Below are positions 59,645 to 64,000 of a DNA stretch of 64,000 nucleotides, in pieces. This stretch comes from an uncultured archaeon. GTDB lineage: Archaea; Thermoplasmatota; Poseidoniia; MGIII; CAYLMJ01. The stretch lies in NCBI GenBank assembly GCA_964384995.1, contig CAYLMJ010000011.1:4417-68416 (forward strand), written 5' to 3'. The first letter of the stretch is position 1. Each line of letters starts with the position of its first letter. The notes below the pieces were generated by a model. It was not told the DNA's origin and searched no databases. It was given only the letters and a program-made list of their open reading frames with translations. A program made the translations under genes and the position numbers.

Positions 59645-59884
59645 CCAGGCCAGGGGCAGGCAGACGAGGCGGCTCTGTCGTGACCGGTGCGGTCGGTCCG
59701 AACACCTCTTGGTGGCAGGGGCAGGGGCAGGAGTCGGAGCCGGGGCTGGAGCCGTAGCAGGGGTTCGTGCGAGAGCGGGAGGCAAGCTGGTCTTTCTCTT
59801 GCGTTTCATCGTACCTGGCAATTTGGCCCTGGGCCGCTGGGGTCCTCTGCACAATCCTTTTGGTCCCCTTAAAGCTGTCAGGCC

Positions 59885-61270
59885 ATGCGGGACTATCCCG
59901 AGTTTCCAGAACCGGAGGGTTGGACCTCCATCAGCGCCATCCAGCGAGGCGAGCACGACGGACAGAGGGTGAAGGTCCGGGGCTGGATATACCGCACCCG
60001 CTCCTCGGGTTCCATCGCCTTCGTGGTGGTCCGCGACACCACCGGCGTCATCCAGTGCACCGTGAAGAAGGGCCGCGCCCCCGATGAGGACCTGGAAGGG
60101 GCCAAGAAGGCCCTGCTGGAATCCTCGGTGGTGGTTGAGGGGCAGGTCGCCGAGGACAAGCGAGCACCCGGAGGCCACGAGCTGCAGGCCACCGGTTTCG
60201 AGGTGCTCCATTACGCCGAGCCCTTTCCCATCACCCAGGACCAGTCCGACGAGTGGCTGCTGGACAACCGCCACCTGTGGCTGCGCTCCCGGGACATGAA
60301 CGCCACGATGCGCATACGGGCCACCTTCTTCGGAGCTTTCAGGGAGTTCTGGGATGGCAAGGGCTACACCGAGGTCCAGTCCCCCAGCTTCGTCCGCGAC
60401 GCCTGCGAGGGTGGCTCGACCCTCTTCAACGTCTACACCGACGACGACAGTGCCCCGTTGCCCCCGGGCGCCGAGCCAGAGCCAGGCACCCCCCCCTCGG
60501 CCCAGAGGTTCTACGCTTACCTGACCCAGTCCTGGCAGTTATACGCCGAGGCCATGATGTTCTCCATCGAGAAGATATACACAATCGCCCCCAGCTTCAG
60601 GGCCGAGAAGTCCCGGACCCGCCGTCACGTGTCGGAGTTCTGGCACGCCGAGGTTGAGGCGGCCTGGACCCACAACGAGCAGATGATGGCCCTGGACGAG
60701 GAGATGCTGTGCCACCTGCTGGACCGGGTGCTGGAGAACCACGAGCCCGAACTGGAACAGCTGGGCCGGGACGTGGCGCCCCTGAAGGCCATCGAGGCCC
60801 CGTTCGAGCGGATGAGGTACCAGGAGGTGCTGGACGAGCTCAACAACATGGGCTTCGACCTGGCGTGGGGCGATGACTTCGGCTACACCGAGGAGAAGGC
60901 TCTGACCGCCCAGCGGACCATACCGCTCTACATCACCCACTTCCCCAAGGAGAAGGGGTTCTACCATCGGCCCGACCCGGCTGAGCCCAAGTCCCTGGTC
61001 TGCCACGACCTGCTGGCCCCCGAGGGCTACGGGGAGATAATCGGTGGCGGCGAGCGGGTGTGGGACCCGGACGAGCTGATGGCGCGCATCGAGGAGGAGG
61101 ACCTGGACCCCGAGAGCCTGGGCTGGTACCTGGACCTGCGCAAGTACGGCTCGGTGCCCCATTCGGGATTCGGCCTGGGCCTGGACCGGGCGCTGTCGTG
61201 GATCTGCGGCGCCGACCACATCAAGCATGTGATACCGTTTCCGAGGACCATGCGGCGGACGCGGCCTTGA
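59885..61270 (+). CDS. asnS: asparagine--tRNA ligase (class IIb)
   Basis: OB-fold RVKVRGWIYRTRSSGSIAFVVVRD, motif 2 FRAEKSRTRRHVSEFWHAE, YLDLRKYGSVPHSGFGLGLDR. Confidence 0.85.
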   Translation: MRDYPEFPEPEGWTSISAIQRGEHDGQRVKVRGWIYRTRSSGSIAFVVVRDTTGVIQCTVKKGRAPDEDLEGAKKALLESSVVVEGQVAEDKRAPGGHELQATGFEVLHYAEPFPITQDQSDEWLLDNRHLWLRSRDMNATMRIRATFFGAFREFWDGKGYTEVQSPSFVRDACEGGSTLFNVYTDDDSAPLPPGAEPEPGTPPSAQRFYAYLTQSWQLYAEAMMFSIEKIYTIAPSFRAEKSRTRRHVSEFWHAEVEAAWTHNEQMMALDEEMLCHLLDRVLENHEPELEQLGRDVAPLKAIEAPFERMRYQEVLDELNNMGFDLAWGDDFGYTEEKALTAQRTIPLYITHFPKEKGFYHRPDPAEPKSLVCHDLLAPEGYGEIIGGGERVWDPDELMARIEEEDLDPESLGWYLDLRKYGSVPHSGFGLGLDRALSWICGADHIKHVIPFPRTMRRTRP

Positions 61271-61291
61271 TGGCGTGACCTCCTCGGATCA

Positions 61292-61339
61292 ACCACAGAG
61301 ACACAGAGAACACAGAGTAATCACAGAGAACTCACAGAG
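61292..61339. repeat. CACAGAG heptamer element, copy 3 of 3 (5 direct units)
   Basis: accacagagacacagagaacacagagtaatcacagagaactcacagag. Units at 61294/61302/61311/61322/61333 (spacing 8, 9, 11, 11). Starts 22 nt after the asnS stop. Confidence 0.85.
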
Positions 61340-61453
61340 TTGAGTTCATTGATGTTTCTCGACGATAGGACTACAAGTAGTTACATAGGCGAGAGGCTTC
61401 GTTTGCCTCCTCCTGCTGGGTTGTGAAAGCCCTCCTTGTGTGGGAATGGAGGG

Positions 61454-61699
61454 TCAGTTCTTCCACTTGAGCTGGAACTCGATCTCCTGTTCCTTGTTGC
61501 CCCGCTCGTGCTCGATGTTGTAGATGGCGTCTCTGGGCACCCGGACCCGCTCACCGCCCAGGGAGATGGTGAAGGCCTTGCCCCCCTCCAGGCAGTCGGC
61601 CAGACGACGTAGCTTGGCCGCGAACTGGTCCACCGGGTAGGTCAGTTCCACATCGCGCTTGCCCTTGCCTTGGGCCTTGCTCTTGGGTTTGGCTGGCAT
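61454..61699 (-). CDS. amphi-Trp domain protein
   Basis: MPAKPKSKAQGKGKRDVELTYPVDQFAAKLRRLADCLEGGKAFTISLGGERVRVPRDAIYNIEHERGNKEQEIEFQLKWKN. The layout and the EIEFQLKW ending match the amphi-Trp family as I recall it. Confidence 0.6.
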   Translation of the reverse strand: MPAKPKSKAQGKGKRDVELTYPVDQFAAKLRRLADCLEGGKAFTISLGGERVRVPRDAIYNIEHERGNKEQEIEFQLKWKN

Positions 61700-61822
61700 G
61701 GTGTCATCCTCAGAAATGGCAGATCGCAAGGGTCAGGATGGGGGCGGCTGAAAAGACTTTGTCACCATTCTGACACATCAGTGCAGACACAGCGATATCT
61801 TCAGCCATGTTGAAGAACTGCC

Positions 61823-62407
61823 ATGGTCGATGGGTCGATCCCGGAGCCTGCCTCCCTTCCCCCCTCCCCTTCCCCTTATTCTCGCTCATCCTCCAAACCC
61901 GTTGATGGGAAACCCGCATCCGGCAATACAAGGCTGGCGACCTTCGGTGCCGGATGTTTCTGGGGGGTGGAGCTGGCTTTCTCCCAACTGAAGGGAGTGG
62001 TGAGCACTCGTGTGGGATACAGTGGCGGCGACGAGGCATCCTATCCTGCGCCCACCTATCGCCAGGTCTGTCACGGTCACACCAGGCATGCCGAGGTGGT
62101 GCGGGTGGAGTACGACCCAGCGGTCATCAGCTATGACGAGCTCCTGCGGACCTTCTGGTCGTGCCATGACCCCACCCAGCTCAACCGCCAGGGTCCCGAC
62201 CTGGGCCCCCAGTACCGGTCGGCTATCCTATACCACGACGACGGGCAGAGGGAAGCGGCCCTGGCCTCACTGGAGCGGGAGCAGGAGCGGTTGGGACCGG
62301 GGCGCAGGATAGTCACCGAGCTCGTCCAGGCGGGGCCGTTCCATACGGCCGAGGAGTATCACCAGGGATACCTGAAGAAGCGGGGCCTGGCGGCCTGCCA
62401 TATCTGA
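61823..62407 (+). CDS. msrA: peptide-methionine (S)-S-oxide reductase
   Basis: ATFGAGCFWGVELAF, GYSGG, HAEVVRVEYDP, NRQGPDLGPQYRSAI. A ~35-aa Pro/Ser-rich N-terminal leader is included. Confidence 0.9.
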   Translation: MVDGSIPEPASLPPSPSPYSRSSSKPVDGKPASGNTRLATFGAGCFWGVELAFSQLKGVVSTRVGYSGGDEASYPAPTYRQVCHGHTRHAEVVRVEYDPAVISYDELLRTFWSCHDPTQLNRQGPDLGPQYRSAILYHDDGQREAALASLEREQERLGPGRRIVTELVQAGPFHTAEEYHQGYLKKRGLAACHI

Positions 62408-62477
62408 TATTCTAGAGGCAGATCTGGCCCAAGCTCGGGCTGATGCGATGGTGTTGGAGCGAAGTGGTGGAAGAGGC

Positions 62478-62798
62478 CTATTTCTTGTTCTCGGCTTCGG
62501 CTTCCATGCGGGCGATGCGGGTCTTCCATCCCCTTTTGGCGGCCCAGGAGCGGATCATGAAGCGGAACTTCTCGTCAGCCGCGTCAGTGAACACGTAGTT
62601 GTTGCGGATGTGACGTACGGTCTTCTTCTCGATGTCGGTGTACTTTCCGGCATCGGCCACCATGGCGTACAGGGTATCGCAATCATCCACGGAGATGCGT
62701 CCGTCGCCCTGGCCGGCAACGATGGTCTCGACCTGCTCCAACATGGCCCGGTCGAACTTGGCGCCTCGATCGTTCTCGATATAGTAATCGCTGGACAT
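62478..62798 (-). CDS. hypothetical protein (106 aa)
   Basis: Clean ORF with typical codon bias: MSSDYYIENDRGAKFDRAMLEQVETIVAGQGDGRISVDDCDTLYAMVADAGKYTDIEKKTVRHIRNNYVFTDAADEKF... No family recognised. Confidence 0.45.
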   Translation of the reverse strand: MSSDYYIENDRGAKFDRAMLEQVETIVAGQGDGRISVDDCDTLYAMVADAGKYTDIEKKTVRHIRNNYVFTDAADEKFRFMIRSWAAKRGWKTRIARMEAEAENKK

Positions 62799-63001
62799 CT
62801 GAAACCTCCTTGAGAGATACTCGATGCATCAAACGATTCTTGAATATTAATGTTCGCCTATTTTGCGTCCTCTTGCAAGTTCATTGGGTCATGAGGGGGC
62901 CGGTAGCCACCGTTCCGAGTCCCGCGTTCAACGCAAGTTTTATTAATCTGCTCTAGGAGGAAATCCTTGCACGCACACCGTGCAATATCACTGTGCTGGC
63001 G

Positions 63002-63103
63002 ATGAAGCTGCTGGTGCCAACATCCTGCACCCTGGCTGTGGCCGAGCCAGCCGGTGCGGACGGAACGACAGACGGCGTTCTTGACAAGGTGGACATGAGA
63101 TAA
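63002..63103 (+). CDS. micro-ORF A (33 codons), paralogous to micro-ORF B
   Basis: MKLLVPTSCTLAVAEPAGADGTTDGVLDKVDMR. Shares the 5' flank (ccttg..gctggcRATGA) and the AEPAxGxDG-coding block with 63253..63399. Confidence 0.2.
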   Translation: MKLLVPTSCTLAVAEPAGADGTTDGVLDKVDMR

Positions 63104-63252
63104 TAGTCTCTTTCCCGATCATTGGCAAGATCCTGTGGGGGTCGGTTCCACCAAATATCGTTCAATTCAATATCGAAGGTCTTTTTAACTGGCAACCGGA
63201 AAAAACCTTGGCACACCCACGCACGGGGCCACACTACCCAACTGCGCTGGCA

Positions 63253-63399
63253 ATGACGCTACAATCACTCGCCACCCTATCACCCACCACCCGATCACCC
63301 GATCACCCGATCACCCGATCACCCGTCCCCTTCGCATCGGTCTTAGCTGAGCCAGCCAGCGGGGATGGACCGTGGAACAGCATTCACCTTGTGACCTAA
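63253..63399 (+). CDS. micro-ORF B (48 codons), containing the 8-bp microsatellite
   Basis: MTLQSLATLSPTTRSPDHPITRSPVPFASVLAEPASGDGPWNSIHLVT. It is the internal ATG of listed ORF 63208..63399. Confidence 0.2.
   Translation: MTLQSLATLSPTTRSPDHPITRSPVPFASVLAEPASGDGPWNSIHLVT
63293..63324. repeat. (GATCACCC)x4 perfect 8-bp tandem repeat
   Basis: gatcacccgatcacccgatcacccgatcaccc, preceded by the degenerate ctatcacccaccaccc. Confidence 0.9.
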
Positions 63400-63787
63400 A
63401 AGAAGTGAATTGAGCTAACAGAAGTGAATTGAGAAATTAAGGTAATCCCGGGAGCTCCCAAGAAGACCCGCAAGCCCCTCTGGACAAGTGGCATTTTAGC
63501 TGCGGGTTCTCATGCGTGGAAGCTCACCAGGACTCCTCTCCTCGTATTAATGGATTTTAAATCTTATGCCTTTTGAACCTCGGTTGCCCGGGTTGGTAGA
63601 GTTCTCTTTTGAAAAAACTTAAATATCCAAACACGAAAAAGAAACATGTCGGTTCCATCAAGTCTTACTGTTACGCGTCCTGTGACAGTGTCTTACCTGT
63701 TCTGGGACCGGCCCTTTTCATCTTCATGTAGCATTGCATCGGCCGATCAGCCTCCTTGGGCAAGCCAAGATATCGATGGTGGAAGAC

Positions 63788-63946
63788 TCAGTCCCAGGAG
63801 AGGTAGGCCAGCACCGCCAGCAGGGTCTCTAACAGGATGAGGAATATGCCGGCGCCAAGGGAGAGATGGCCCATGAACGTGGCGTAGATTGAGCCGGCCG
63901 TGGCCAGGAGAATGAAGATAATCAGCACCCTGCTGTCAAAGGCCAT
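63788..63946 (-). CDS. possible 52-aa two-TM micro-protein (below the ORF-track cutoff)
   Basis: Hand translation: MAFDSRVLIIFILLATAGSIYATFMGHLSLGAGIFLILLETLLAVLAYLSWD. G+C-rich third positions match the rest of the genome. Competes with the + strand ORF 63646..63840. Confidence 0.25.
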   Translation of the reverse strand: MAFDSRVLIIFILLATAGSIYATFMGHLSLGAGIFLILLETLLAVLAYLSWD

Positions 63947-64000
63947 GTTCAATGGATGAAAGGGGTGACCTTGCTATTTACCATATCGGAAAGAGCGGGC

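Noticed and set aside
59810-60274. Upper part of the 418-aa - strand ORF 59018..60274
   Set aside because: It overlaps the well-supported asnS gene (59885..61270) antisense and has shadow-ORF composition. The real gene begins at 59644, or at most 59809.
62953-63234. 93-aa - strand ORF in the low-G+C right-end region
   Set aside because: It runs antisense across micro-ORF A and the spacer and has atypical composition with no motif. The duplicated-unit structure on the + strand explains the sequence better. It remains unresolved without expression data.
1-64000. Searched for mobile-element or defence hallmarks: transposase DDE/HUH motifs, integrase R..HxxR..Y, restriction/helicase/ATPase sets, toxin-antitoxin pairs, terminal inverted repeats around the low-G+C patches
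   Set aside because: None was recognised. The low-G+C patches (21.15-21.85, 39.4-39.7, 43.8-44.6, 53.4-53.6, 62.8-63.7 kb) lack flanking direct repeats or tRNA targets, so no bounded island can be called from this window.

Overview
G+C-rich, densely packed chromosomal segment (about 60 genes, many ATGA start/stop overlaps). It most likely comes from an uncultured anaerobic archaeon. Archaeal markers are PriS primase, an archaeal-type PheRS beta subunit, RNase HII, ribosomal protein L41e, MoaD/ThiS-like proteins ending in GG, and TTTAAA-type TATA boxes. I cannot place the lineage more finely from sequence alone.

The coding content is mostly ferredoxin-linked peptide, aromatic amino-acid and acyl-CoA catabolism:
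- Two aldehyde:ferredoxin oxidoreductase (AOR)-family modules, each with its own polyferredoxin and its own beta-grasp GG protein.
- iorAB preceded by an ATGA-coupled flavoprotein.
- An aminotransferase, a tryptophanase/tyrosine phenol-lyase family enzyme and hydantoinase/oxoprolinase A/B.
- A family III CoA-transferase, a domain-swapped B12 mutase fusion, Hbd and an acyl-CoA dehydrogenase.
- An OYE/FadH-type flavo-FeS reductase.
- A soluble Hdr-like block: two complementary HdrA-like proteins (one fused to MvhD) plus an HdrD-like protein.

Housekeeping genes are pheT, rpl41e, asnS, priS, rnhB, msrA, htpX and an Nfu-type gene. There is also a MacB-type ABC exporter with a DUF2318-like partner, a CheY-type response regulator, and several orphan genes.

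I found no rRNA, tRNA, CRISPR array, transposase, integrase or recognisable defence gene.

Best candidate for a new system: the convergent AOR-family/OYE-reductase operon facing the split-HdrA/MvhD/HdrD block (21.8-36.3 kb). It is reminiscent of the class II benzoyl-CoA reductase Bam complex but differs from it.

Other sequence-level oddities:
- Two dispersed families of CACAGAG / CAC(A/G)GAT heptamer repeats at gene 3' ends.
- A strictly phased 10 x 11-bp tandem array.
- A three-step ATGA relay between hyuA and hyuB.
- In-frame microsatellite insertions inside conserved enzymes.
- A low-G+C ATGA-coupled orphan gene pair.
- Two paralogous micro-ORFs at the low-G+C right end.

All family assignments rest on motifs I recognised by eye. 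No database search was run.
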